A stretch of DNA of 64,000 bases, from contig DATDFB010000296.1 in NCBI GenBank assembly GCA_036522835.1, positions 1,351-65,350 of the forward strand, read 5' to 3'. Within the stretch, counting starts at the first letter, position 1, and each line of letters begins with the position of its first letter. The notes under the pieces were generated by a model. The model made no database searches. It was not told where the DNA came from and saw only the letters and a list, made by a program, of their open reading frames with translations. Both the position numbers and the translations under genes were made by a program. Below, piece by piece: positions 53,173 through 61,840 of the stretch. The DNA comes from Thermoanaerobaculia bacterium (GTDB lineage: Bacteria; Acidobacteriota; Thermoanaerobaculia; Gp7-AA8).

Positions 53173-53736
53173 GTGAGCAGTAATCCCGTGCTCCGCGGCG
53201 CCACGTACGAAGACCTGCTAAAGGTTCCGGAGAATCTCGTCGCAGAGCTCATCGACGGCGAGTTGTACACGTGGCCGCGGCCGGGATCGCCACATGCCCG
53301 CGCAGCGACATTGCTTGGCGGCGTCTTAGCGACACGTTTTGATCAAGGTGATGGCGGGCCGGGAGGGTGGTGGATCGTCGATGAGCCCGAACTGCACTTG
53401 TCGGGCGTCTATGTTCCCGACATGGCGGGTTGGCGGCGCGAACGCATGCCCGAATATCCGAATACCTCGGGTTGCACGATTCGACCGGATTGGGTTTGTG
53501 AAGTTCAGTCGCCGAGCAATGCTCGTCACGATCGCGTGGTCAAACTGCCGAAGTACGCCAAGGACGGGATTCCGCACGTCTGGCTACTCGATCCACGAGC
53601 TCAAACGCTCGAGGTACTCCGGCTCGAAGAAGGACGGTGGATCGTGGCCGGCAACTACGGCGGCGACGACAAAGTTCGCGCAGAGCCGTTCGATGCAATC
53701 GAGATCGATCTCGCGGCGCTCTGGCTTCCGTCCTAG
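53173..53736 (+). CDS. Uma2-family (DUF820) putative endonuclease
   Basis: ORF 53173..53736. Motifs: AELIDGELYTWPRPGSPHA, PDMAGW, PDWVCEVQSPSN, KLPKYAKDGIPHVWLLDP. Confidence 0.75.
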   Translation: MSSNPVLRGATYEDLLKVPENLVAELIDGELYTWPRPGSPHARAATLLGGVLATRFDQGDGGPGGWWIVDEPELHLSGVYVPDMAGWRRERMPEYPNTSGCTIRPDWVCEVQSPSNARHDRVVKLPKYAKDGIPHVWLLDPRAQTLEVLRLEEGRWIVAGNYGGDDKVRAEPFDAIEIDLAALWLPS

Positions 53737-56700
53737 CTCTCCACCTCCGCGAAATTCACCGACACCAATCGCGAGCAGCCCGCCTCTTCCATCGTCACTC
53801 CATACAGGATGTCCGCCGCCTCCATCGTTCTTCGCGAGTGCGTGATCACGATGAACTGCGTGTCGCGGGACATGTCGCGGACCAGGCGGACGAAGCGCTC
53901 GTTGTTGATCTCGTCGAGCGGCGCGTCGACCTCGTCGAGGATGCAGAAGGGCGACGGCTTGTAGCGGAAGATCGCGAAGAGCAGCGCCAGCGCCGTCAGG
54001 GCCCGCTCGCCGCCGGAGAGCAGCGCGATCGACTGGTTCTTCTTCCCCGGCGGCTGGGCCACGAGCTCGATGCCGCTCTCGAGGATGTCCTCCTCGTCGA
54101 GCAGTTGCATCTTGGCCGTGCCGCCGCCGAAGAGCGACATGAAGATCTCGGTGAAGTACTGATTCACCGCCATGAAGGCGTCGCGGAACAGCTCGCGCGA
54201 GGTGAGATTGATCTTGCGGATCGTGCCGCGCAGCGACTCGATGGCCTGCACGAGGTCGTCGCGCTGCGTGCGCAGGAACGACTCGCGCTGCTCGAGCTCC
54301 TGATGCTCCTCGATGGCCAGCACGTTGACCGGGCCGATCTTCTCGATCTGCTCCGACAGCTTCGCCACCTCGGCCTCCAGCGATGTCCGCGCTTCATCGG
54401 ACGCCGGCGGCTCGACCTCGGCCAGCGCGTCGATGCCGGCGTGCAGGTCGAGCGCGATCTGCTCGCGCAGCAGGTCGAAGGCCGACTTGGCGCGGTCGGC
54501 GCGCCGCTCCGCCTCGAACAGCGCGTCCTTCGCCGCGTTCCACTGTTCGCGCGAGCTCACCGAGCGCGACTGCAGCTGCTGCACGCGCGCGTCGAGGTCC
54601 GCGACCTCCGCCTCCAGCGCCACGCGCACCTCGGAGAGCTCATGCAATTTCGTGAGCGACGCGTCGAGCTGCGTCCGCGAGCTCTCCACCGCCGTCTCGG
54701 TGTCGTTCTTCTTCCGCGCCAGCGACTCGATCTCCTGATGGAGCTGCGTGGCGCGCGATTCCAGCGAGATCACGATGCGCGACAGGTTCTCGTGCTCGCG
54801 GGCAATCGCGTTCACGTTCCCTGCCGCCGTCTCCACGTCGACGCGCGCCTTCGACGCCACTTCCGTCACCTGCTCGAACGCGTCGCGCGACACCCCGAGC
54901 TCTTCCTCGTGCCGGCGAATGATCTCGTGCGTGTCGCGCTCGAGCTGCTCGAGGCGCTGCAGCTCGTCGATGGCCGCGGTCTTCCGGGCGATGAGCTGAT
55001 CCTTTTCCTCGACGTACAGCGTCTGCTCTTCCGAGGCGACGGCGAGGTCCTTTTCGAACCGCTGCAGCTCCGCGCCGGCGCGCTCGAACTGATTGCGCCG
55101 CTCGCGCAGCTCCTGCTCCGCTCCCCGCGCCCGCTCCTCGGCGAGGATGCGCGCGTCGTCGGCGGCGCGCAGCTCGTCCTCGACGGACTGCAATTCAGCG
55201 GCGATGCCGCTGGCGCGAGTCTCGGCGGACCCGAGGTGCGCTTCGAGGTCCGACAGTTGCCGCTTCAGCGAGAAGACACCCGGCGTGGCTCCTTCGAGCC
55301 GTCCGCCGATGATCAGCGGACCGCGGACGATGTCGCCTTCGAGCGTGACGAACGTCGCGCTCGGCCGTTCCTTGGCGCGCTCGGTGGCTTCGCCGAGCGT
55401 GCCGACGATGTACGCCTCGGGCATGGCGCTGCGGATGGCGTCCGGCACCGCGCCGTCGCCGACGACGGCGTACGTGGCATTCCCGCGCCGGCTCCCTCCA
55501 TGGGGGACAGGCACTCTTGCCTGTCCCTCCTCCGGGCCAGGGACAGGCATGAGTGCCTGTCCTCCACCGAGATAGTCGAGCGTGATGAACGCGCCGCGCC
55601 CCGCGCCGCGCTCGCGTAGGCGTGCGATGGCCTCAATCGCGGTGTGCGCGTTGTCGACGACCACCGCTTTGGACACGTCGCGCAGCAACGTGTCGAGCGC
55701 CGCCTCGAACCCTTCCGTCGCTCGCACCGCCTCGGCGGCGGCCATGGCGTTCGGGATCAGCTCCAGGATGGCGCGCCGCACCTCTTCGTCCTGCGATTCG
55801 AGCGACGTCAGCAGCGTGCGCAACGAGTCGATGCGATACGTCGTCTGCGACACCGCGTCGCGGGCCGAGGCCAGCGACGCGCGCATCTCGTCGCGCCGCG
55901 ACGTCAATTCGTCGCGGCGAGAAACCGCCTCGCGCGCGGCGTGCTGCGCCGAGACGAGCGCCTGCTCCGCGTCGCGCAGCCGCTGCTCCCCCTCGCCGAC
56001 GAGCGCAGCCGCGCCGTCGCGGCTTTCGAGCGCGCGGCGCGCGCTCTCGCTCAACTTGGAGAGGTAGAACTCGCACTTCTCGACGGCGATCTCGATCTGG
56101 TGCACCTGATTGCGCGCCTCGGAGATCTTGGCGATCGTGCGCATCAGCGACTCGCGCGAGTCCGTCAGGGCCTTCTCGTGCTGTCGAACTTCGTCCGACT
56201 TTTCCTGGCGCTCGCGCTCGAGCTGATCGGCGATCTCGCGCAGGCGATTGCGCTCGTTGCGGGCGGCGTCGAGCGCCTGCGACTTCTCGTCGAGCAGCGC
56301 CTGCTGTTCGCCCGCTTCCTGTTCGAGCGAGGCGATCTGCGCGTGCGCCGAATCGATGCGCTGCACGAGGTCGCCCAAGTTCGTCTCGGACTGCTGGAGA
56401 AACGAGCGGAGGCGCTCCACTTCACCGGAGAGCGAGGCCATTTCTTCGCGCAGCGACGACGCGCGCGCGGCGCGCTCGGCGAAGAGCGTGCGGTTCTCGG
56501 CGAGCTCCGCCTCGTCCGTGGCCAGTTGCGCGGCGAGCTCGCTCTCCGTCGCCTGCGCCGCCGCCACGCCCTGCTGCGCCGCTTCCTGCTCCGCCTGTCC
56601 GGCCACGATGCGGCCGCGGTAGAGCGAGCGCTTCGCCGTCGAGAGCTGCTCGGTCAGTTCTCGATGCCGGCGCGCCTTGCCCGCCTGGCGTTTGAGCGAG

Positions 56701-57320
56701 TTCAGATTCCGCGTCACCTCGCCGAGCGTGTCGTCGATGCGCAGCAGATTCTGCTGCGTCTCTTCGAGCTTGAGCTCGGCGGCGCGGCGCTTGGTCTTGT
56801 ACTTGGTGATGCCCGCGGCCTCTTCGATGAGGCGCCTCCGGTCCTGCGGCTTGTTGGAGAGGATGAGATCGATCTTCCCCTGCTCCATCACCGAGTAGTT
56901 GCGGATGCCGAGGCCCGTGTCCATGAGGATGTCGGAGATGTCCTTCATCCGCACGCGCTTGCCGTTCAAGCGGAACTCCGACTCGCCGGTGCGGAAGACG
57001 CGGCGGTTGATGACGATGCGGCCGTCGTCGGCCATCGGATGATCGCTGTCGCCGTTCGACGTGCCGAGAGTCAGCGTGACCTCGCCCATCGACAGCGGGC
57101 GGCGGCGCGCCGAGCCCTGGAAGATGACGTCGTCCATCGTCTCGCCGCGGATGTGCGCGGCGCGATTCTCGCCGAGAACCCAGATGATGGCGTCGCAGAT
57201 GTTCGACTTCCCGCAGCCGTTCGGTCCGACGACCGCGGTCATCGCGGCGGGGAAGGTCAGATTGGCGGGGTCGTAGAAGGACTTGAAGCCGTGTATTTCT
57301 AACTTTTCGAGACGAAACAT
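53733..57320 (-). CDS. smc: Chromosome partition protein SMC
   Basis: ORF 53733..57320. Walker A: VVGPNGCGKSNICDAI. Long coiled coils. Hinge: GRGAFITLDYL. Signature motif: LLSGGERALTALALLFA. Walker B: PFCILDEVDAPLD. Confidence 0.95.
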   Translation of the reverse strand: MFRLEKLEIHGFKSFYDPANLTFPAAMTAVVGPNGCGKSNICDAIIWVLGENRAAHIRGETMDDVIFQGSARRRPLSMGEVTLTLGTSNGDSDHPMADDGRIVINRRVFRTGESEFRLNGKRVRMKDISDILMDTGLGIRNYSVMEQGKIDLILSNKPQDRRRLIEEAAGITKYKTKRRAAELKLEETQQNLLRIDDTLGEVTRNLNSLKRQAGKARRHRELTEQLSTAKRSLYRGRIVAGQAEQEAAQQGVAAAQATESELAAQLATDEAELAENRTLFAERAARASSLREEMASLSGEVERLRSFLQQSETNLGDLVQRIDSAHAQIASLEQEAGEQQALLDEKSQALDAARNERNRLREIADQLERERQEKSDEVRQHEKALTDSRESLMRTIAKISEARNQVHQIEIAVEKCEFYLSKLSESARRALESRDGAAALVGEGEQRLRDAEQALVSAQHAAREAVSRRDELTSRRDEMRASLASARDAVSQTTYRIDSLRTLLTSLESQDEEVRRAILELIPNAMAAAEAVRATEGFEAALDTLLRDVSKAVVVDNAHTAIEAIARLRERGAGRGAFITLDYLGGGQALMPVPGPEEGQARVPVPHGGSRRGNATYAVVGDGAVPDAIRSAMPEAYIVGTLGEATERAKERPSATFVTLEGDIVRGPLIIGGRLEGATPGVFSLKRQLSDLEAHLGSAETRASGIAAELQSVEDELRAADDARILAEERARGAEQELRERRNQFERAGAELQRFEKDLAVASEEQTLYVEEKDQLIARKTAAIDELQRLEQLERDTHEIIRRHEEELGVSRDAFEQVTEVASKARVDVETAAGNVNAIAREHENLSRIVISLESRATQLHQEIESLARKKNDTETAVESSRTQLDASLTKLHELSEVRVALEAEVADLDARVQQLQSRSVSSREQWNAAKDALFEAERRADRAKSAFDLLREQIALDLHAGIDALAEVEPPASDEARTSLEAEVAKLSEQIEKIGPVNVLAIEEHQELEQRESFLRTQRDDLVQAIESLRGTIRKINLTSRELFRDAFMAVNQYFTEIFMSLFGGGTAKMQLLDEEDILESGIELVAQPPGKKNQSIALLSGGERALTALALLFAIFRYKPSPFCILDEVDAPLDEINNERFVRLVRDMSRDTQFIVITHSRRTMEAADILYGVTMEEAGCSRLVSVNFAEVES
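55503..55562. repeat. Two tandem hairpins (family gggacaggca-N4-tgcctgtcc) in frame inside the smc hinge
   Basis: gggacaggca-ctct-tgcctgtccc (55504-55527) and ggacaggca-tgag-tgcctgtcc (55541-55562). They encode GGQALMPVPGPEEGQARVPVP directly after the hinge motif FITLDYL. Confidence 0.7.
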
Positions 57321-57390
57321 TTGGATTGGAGCGGGATGGTAGGTCCCCGCGTGTTGCCGCGCAAGTTGACAGACAGAACGCGCAGCCGTT

Positions 57391-57855
57391 CTAGTGCACT
57401 TCCCGCCGCCAGGCCAGGAGCAGCGGAATGAAGGCTAGAAACATGAAGAAGCCGCGTGCCCAGCTCAGATGCTGCCAGTTCTGGCCGCGCACGTACCACT
57501 CGGCCGGGGCGACGCTCGACGAGGCGCTGTTGCGGAAGGCGATGAGCTCGGGGACGAAGTAGAGGGCGGTGGTGACGATGGCGACGGCGTAGATGGCCAC
57601 GGTGATGAAGATGAGGTTGCGCCGCGAGCGCAGCTTCCAGTTCAGCGCGAGCGCGGCGATCAGCGTCACGATCGCCAGCGGATGGATGCTGAGCCAGAAA
57701 TGCTCGTCATGGATCGTTTGCGCCAGCGCCGCCGTCTTGGGCAGATCGGCGAGGTACGGCGGAAACCAGACGATGTGCGAGTAGACGATGCCGCCGAGAA
57801 TGGTGGCCCAAACGACGATCGCCGCCGCGAGCGACAGGTCACGAGCTCTTGTCAT
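57391..57855 (-). CDS. Small 4-TM membrane protein (DUF1772-like)
   Basis: ATG 57855 is in frame with ORF 57391..58518. N-terminus: MTRARDLSLAAAIVVWATILGGIVYSHIVWFPPYL. Four hydrophobic segments. The family assignment is tentative. Confidence 0.6.
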   Translation of the reverse strand: MTRARDLSLAAAIVVWATILGGIVYSHIVWFPPYLADLPKTAALAQTIHDEHFWLSIHPLAIVTLIAALALNWKLRSRRNLIFITVAIYAVAIVTTALYFVPELIAFRNSASSSVAPAEWYVRGQNWQHLSWARGFFMFLAFIPLLLAWRREVH

Positions 57856-57879
57856 GGATTGCGCATATCGTAGCAGAGC

Positions 57880-58872
57880 GTGATCGAGGAGTACCTGCAG
57901 CGCGAGATCGACGTCGGCAGCTTCCCCGCGGCGGCGTGGGCGGTGGGCACTCTTGCCGGTGGCGTCGTCGCTGAGGGTGCTCTGGGCCACGCGGTGGCCG
58001 TCCCGCTGCGGATTCCCGCCACGGTCGACACAATCTTCGACGTGGCCTCGCTGACGAAGCCGTTGATCACGGCGACGCTGATCCTGCAGGCGGTGGCCGA
58101 GGGGCGCATCGGCCTCGACGATCGATTCGAGGGCTTCACCTACCGGTCGCTGCTCACGCACTCGTCGGGACTCGTCGCCTGGCTGCCGTTGTACGCGTTC
58201 CCCGATCCGCTCGCGGCGATTCGCGACCACGGCCGCGGCGCGGCCGGCACGGTGTACTCCGATCTCAATTTCGTGCTGCTCTGGTACGCGCTGCAGCGGC
58301 TGTACGGCGACTATGTCTCGCTTGCCGAGGCACGAATTCTCAAGCCGCTCGGCATCGAGGCCCTCTTCCGCCCGCCCGCCCCGCTCCGGCCGCGCATCGC
58401 CGCGACGGAGTGGGGGCAGCGGTGGGAGATGCGGATGTGCGCCGAGCGGAAGATCGCGTTCGACGGGTTCCGCCAGACGTTGATCTGGGGCGAGACGCAC
58501 GACGGGAACTCGTTCCACTTCGGCGGCGGCACGGCGGGAAATGCAGGACTTTTCGCGACGGCGCGTGCGGTGTTCCGTTTGGCGCAGGCGGTGGCTTCCG
58601 GCGACCTCATCCCGCGCGAGCTCATTGGCCTCGGCTGGGACAAGCCGACGCCCGGCTCCCTCGCGACGTCGATGTTCTCACCCGAGGCGTACGGCCATAC
58701 CGGCTTCACCGGCACCTCGGTGTGGATCGACGGCGAGCGGATCTTCGTGCTGCTTACCAATCGCGTGCACCCGGTGGCCGCGGCGAATGCGATGCAGAGG
58801 GTGCGGGGCGAGTTTCACAAAAGGACCCTCTCCCCGCTGCGCGGGGAGAGGGTGGCGCGCAGCGCCGGGTGA
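57880..58872 (+). CDS. Serine hydrolase of the beta-lactamase/transpeptidase-like superfamily
   Basis: ORF 57880..58872. S-x-x-K motif FDVASLTKPL, then YSDLNF and HTGFTGTS. The last 14 or so codons (LSPLRGERVARSAG) come from repeat copy B. Confidence 0.8.
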   Translation: MIEEYLQREIDVGSFPAAAWAVGTLAGGVVAEGALGHAVAVPLRIPATVDTIFDVASLTKPLITATLILQAVAEGRIGLDDRFEGFTYRSLLTHSSGLVAWLPLYAFPDPLAAIRDHGRGAAGTVYSDLNFVLLWYALQRLYGDYVSLAEARILKPLGIEALFRPPAPLRPRIAATEWGQRWEMRMCAERKIAFDGFRQTLIWGETHDGNSFHFGGGTAGNAGLFATARAVFRLAQAVASGDLIPRELIGLGWDKPTPGSLATSMFSPEAYGHTGFTGTSVWIDGERIFVLLTNRVHPVAAANAMQRVRGEFHKRTLSPLRGERVARSAG

Positions 58873-58952
58873 GGGGCTCGAGTTGGGAAGCATGCGCCCC
58901 TCATCCGGCCTCGCTCCGCTCGGCCACCTTCTCCCCGCAGGCGGGGAGAAGG
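58826..58952 (+). repeat. Composite palindromic (REP/MITE-like) element, copy B
   Basis: Hairpins: ccctctccccgc-tgc-gcggggagaggg (58826-58852), ccgggtgagggg...cccctcatccgg (about 58866-58908) and ccttctccccgc-ag-gcggggagaagg (58927-58952). It is the inverse of 9728-9847. Confidence 0.65.
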
Positions 58953-58958
58953 ATCTCT

Positions 58959-59543
58959 CTATCGCGCCCAAACGCTTCCCGGCGCCCACGCCGCCGCCCG
59001 CCCGCGCAAGGCCTGAGCGCGCGCGGTGTCGCCGCTCGCCTCGGCCAGCGCGGCGTACATGACGAGCGTCTCGGCCAGGAGCGGGTCGGGGTCGGTGTAG
59101 TCGTCGCGGAAGCGCGTCTCGAGGAGCTCGGCGTTGTCGCGATAGATGCGCAGCGCCTCGTCGCGGCCGCCGGCCTTCAGAACAATGTAGGCGAGGGCGA
59201 GGGCCTGGAACTCCTGGATCTGCGGATGGAGGGCGATGGTCTGCTCCATCAGCGTCGCCGCTTCGTCGAAGTCGCGGCCGAGGTGCGCGAGAGACAGGGC
59301 GATGCCCTCGCGCGCGGCGGGATCGTCGGACTGGCGATATGCCGCGATTGCCTCCTCGAATCGTCCCATCAGCTTCAACGCCTCGGCGCGGTGCAGGGGA
59401 TCGCGCGCCGCGGCGGCGGCCGCGTCGGCGTAGCGATGCTGGTGGATGAGCTGCTGCGCGCTCGTTGCCGGCTTCTGCGACAGCATCCAGATCGCCAGCC
59501 ACACCACCAGCGCGACGGTGATGATGAGAATCGTCAGGACCAT
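58959..59543 (-). CDS. Membrane-anchored TPR-like protein (194 aa)
   Basis: ORF 58959..59543. N-terminal TM helix MVLTILIITVALVVWLAIWML, followed by helical repeats. The start overlaps the upstream stop by 1 nt (TAATG). Confidence 0.65.
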   Translation of the reverse strand: MVLTILIITVALVVWLAIWMLSQKPATSAQQLIHQHRYADAAAAAARDPLHRAEALKLMGRFEEAIAAYRQSDDPAAREGIALSLAHLGRDFDEAATLMEQTIALHPQIQEFQALALAYIVLKAGGRDEALRIYRDNAELLETRFRDDYTDPDPLLAETLVMYAALAEASGDTARAQALRGRAAAWAPGSVWAR

Positions 59544-60010
59544 TACTGCGTCGTCGTTGTCGTTGGCTGCGCCGGCGCTACGGCGCCCGGCTCCACGATC
59601 AGCGTCCGCATCGTCTGCGGGCGCCCCTCGTACTGAAAGTGCAGGTCGGGCATCGGCTGCGGCTTCGTCTCGTCGGGTTGACTGCTGAGGTCCGTGACGT
59701 CCGTCAGCGGAACCGCCGAAGCATTCATCACGCGCTCATTGCGGCGGCTGACGAACTCGTGGAGCCCGAGGAGCAGCAGCACCACGACGAAGGCGCCGAG
59801 CACCGCCACGATGCCCTGCCGCTGCCGCGCGTACTCGATCACGCCCTCCGACTTCTTCCCGCGGCGCTGCGGAAACATCTCCTGCAGCACCGCCTTCGTG
59901 TCGACCTTCGCTCCCGTACGCGGGTCGGCGCCGCAGTACGGGCAGAGCTTTGCCGCCGCGTCGATCTCGTGACGGCAGGCGACGCAGGCGATGCGGTCCG
60001 AATCACTCAA
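59543..60010 (-). CDS. Zinc-ribbon - TM protein (155 aa)
   Basis: ORF 59543..60010. CVAC...CPYC zinc ribbon, TM helix GIVAVLGAFVVVLLLLGL, and a Pro/Thr-rich tail. Confidence 0.65.
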   Translation of the reverse strand: MSDSDRIACVACRHEIDAAAKLCPYCGADPRTGAKVDTKAVLQEMFPQRRGKKSEGVIEYARQRQGIVAVLGAFVVVLLLLGLHEFVSRRNERVMNASAVPLTDVTDLSSQPDETKPQPMPDLHFQYEGRPQTMRTLIVEPGAVAPAQPTTTTTQ

Positions 60011-60842
60011 CGTTGATGTCCACCGTGAATCGCGAAGTCACCGGCACGCCGTTCTGGGTGGCCGGTTTGAAGCGCCATGATTGCACGGCGCCGATCAAAC
60101 GTCCCATCTCGCCCGCCAGCGGCTGCACGATATCGACGTCGCGCACGCGGCCGTCCGTGCCGACCGTCAGCGTCATCCGCGCGTGTCCGTGACCGTGCAG
60201 CGGCGGCACCGGCTGGTACTCAGGCACCGGCTGCGTCATGCGCGCCGACGTCGTCGCCGGCGGCGCGGTGCGCCGCGGCCGCGGAATGCGCGGCTCCTGC
60301 GGCGTTTGCCCGTACACCGTTCCGGTGATCGAGCGCGGATCCATCGTCTGGACCGGCTGCTGCGGCGGCGGCACTCCTTGCGTCGCGCCGTACTGCTGCG
60401 ACGTCATCGCCGTCGCATCGCTCCCCATCGCGCCGGTCACGGTGCTCGTCATCGGCTGCGTCGTCGCCGGCGGCTGCTGCTGGAGCGGACCGGCCGGCCC
60501 CGCGCTGTTGTCGGGAACGAGCGGGATATTCGCCGTCGGCGTCGCCGGCGCTTCCGTCGCCACCGCCTCCGGCGTCTTCGGCTGCTGCGCGGCCTTCACC
60601 TCGCTCGGCTCGAAGCCGTGGATCAGCGATCCGATCACGAAGGCGATGATCAGCAGCGCCACGAAGGCGACGATGCCGAGGATCTTGTTGTTCCAACGAT
60701 GTTGCGGCTGCGGCGCGGTGGCCGCGGACGGCTCCGGCTTCGCCGGCGGCTTATCGCCTTGCCACCAGTTGCAATAAAGGCAGGTTTTCGCGCCCAGGTC
60801 GATGCCGCGATTGCAATTCACGCACTGTTTCTTTTCACTCAT
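60003..60842 (-). CDS. Zinc-ribbon - TM - Pro-rich - TonB C-terminal domain protein (279 aa)
   Basis: ATG 60842 is in frame with ORF 60003..61577. N-terminus: MSEKKQCVNCNRGIDLGAKTCLYCNWW. TM helix: ILGIVAFVALLIIAFVIGSL. Long P/Q/T-rich linker. TonB_C-like end: MTLTVGTDGRVRDVDIVQPLAGEMGRLIGAVQSWRFKPATQNGVPV. Confidence 0.75.
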   Translation of the reverse strand: MSEKKQCVNCNRGIDLGAKTCLYCNWWQGDKPPAKPEPSAATAPQPQHRWNNKILGIVAFVALLIIAFVIGSLIHGFEPSEVKAAQQPKTPEAVATEAPATPTANIPLVPDNSAGPAGPLQQQPPATTQPMTSTVTGAMGSDATAMTSQQYGATQGVPPPQQPVQTMDPRSITGTVYGQTPQEPRIPRPRRTAPPATTSARMTQPVPEYQPVPPLHGHGHARMTLTVGTDGRVRDVDIVQPLAGEMGRLIGAVQSWRFKPATQNGVPVTSRFTVDINVE

Positions 60843-61840
60843 CAATTGGCAATACGGTGCAACCGCCGTACCGCGTCGTCCCAGACGAACACAGCCTCCG
60901 ACGTAATCGCAAACGACTGAGGGGGAATGCCTTGCGCGACGGCCGTGCTCTTCGCTTTCACGACACGGTACAGCGTCTCGCTGCTTGTGTCGTACGCAAA
61001 TAACAGATTTCCGCGAACGAGGACGCGATCGACTCCGGTCGGAAAGTCGGAGTTGCGGTTCGGACGGATGCCGAGGCCGATGAGGCCGCGGAAAAAGCCG
61101 CGGAGGAAAGCCTGGCGGAACGACTGCGCGCCCTCGATCATCCAGACGCGCTTGGCTGACGGATCGGCGACGGCCAGCGTGTGCGATGAGGCGAAGGCGA
61201 GCGCGACCGGCACCGCGCCGACAGCGGTCTCGCCGGCGGACTTCATCGTCGAGAGCGCAATCACGCGCATCCTCGCCTCGCGCGGATAGACGAGGTAAGC
61301 ATTGTCGCCGTCGAGCTGCAGGTCCGAGGCAAACGGCGCGACGGTCACGCTGCGCGCGACGGCGAACGGCATGGTGGTGATCTCCTGCAAGAGGCCCGCG
61401 GTGCGCGCGTAGACGTAGAGCCGCCCGTTGGCCGCGCGAAGAAACGACGGATCGGCGGCGATTGTGATGGACGCCCCCGCGCCGTCCGCGCCGATCCGTT
61501 CGAGGGCTCGAGCATCGCGCTCGAGGAGATAAAGCGCGCGTCCGTGGAAGACGCCGTCGACGGGAGTCTCGCCGCACTGGATCGTCGTGCCGCGGCCGGT
61601 GCCGAGCTCGACGACGCGCACTTCGTTGGAGAGAGCATCGAGGACCGCCACGCGGTCATCGCCGGCGACGATCTGCGTTGGCTTCAGCACGCCGCCGCTG
61701 TTCCATACGACGTCGAGCGTTTTGGCGTTGAACAACTCGACGGCGCCGTGGTGCGCGACGACGATGCCGTGCGCTGTGCTCGCCACCTGCTGCGCGAGCG
61801 CGGGGACGGCGGCGAACAGCAACACCAGAAGCCGCTTCAT
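60842..61840 (-). CDS. Secreted hypothetical protein, possibly beta-propeller-like (332 aa)
   Basis: ORF 60842..61840. Signal peptide MKRLLVLLFAAVPALAQQ. Repetitive beta-strand-like segments. ATGA overlap with the upstream gene. Confidence 0.6.
   Translation of the reverse strand: MKRLLVLLFAAVPALAQQVASTAHGIVVAHHGAVELFNAKTLDVVWNSGGVLKPTQIVAGDDRVAVLDALSNEVRVVELGTGRGTTIQCGETPVDGVFHGRALYLLERDARALERIGADGAGASITIAADPSFLRAANGRLYVYARTAGLLQEITTMPFAVARSVTVAPFASDLQLDGDNAYLVYPREARMRVIALSTMKSAGETAVGAVPVALAFASSHTLAVADPSAKRVWMIEGAQSFRQAFLRGFFRGLIGLGIRPNRNSDFPTGVDRVLVRGNLLFAYDTSSETLYRVVKAKSTAVAQGIPPQSFAITSEAVFVWDDAVRRLHRIAN

Noticed and set aside
57365-57370. TTGACA hexamer on the plus strand in the smc upstream region
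   Set aside because: It points toward a minus-strand gene (57391..57855) with no plus-strand target nearby, and I found no matching -10. It is probably a chance occurrence.
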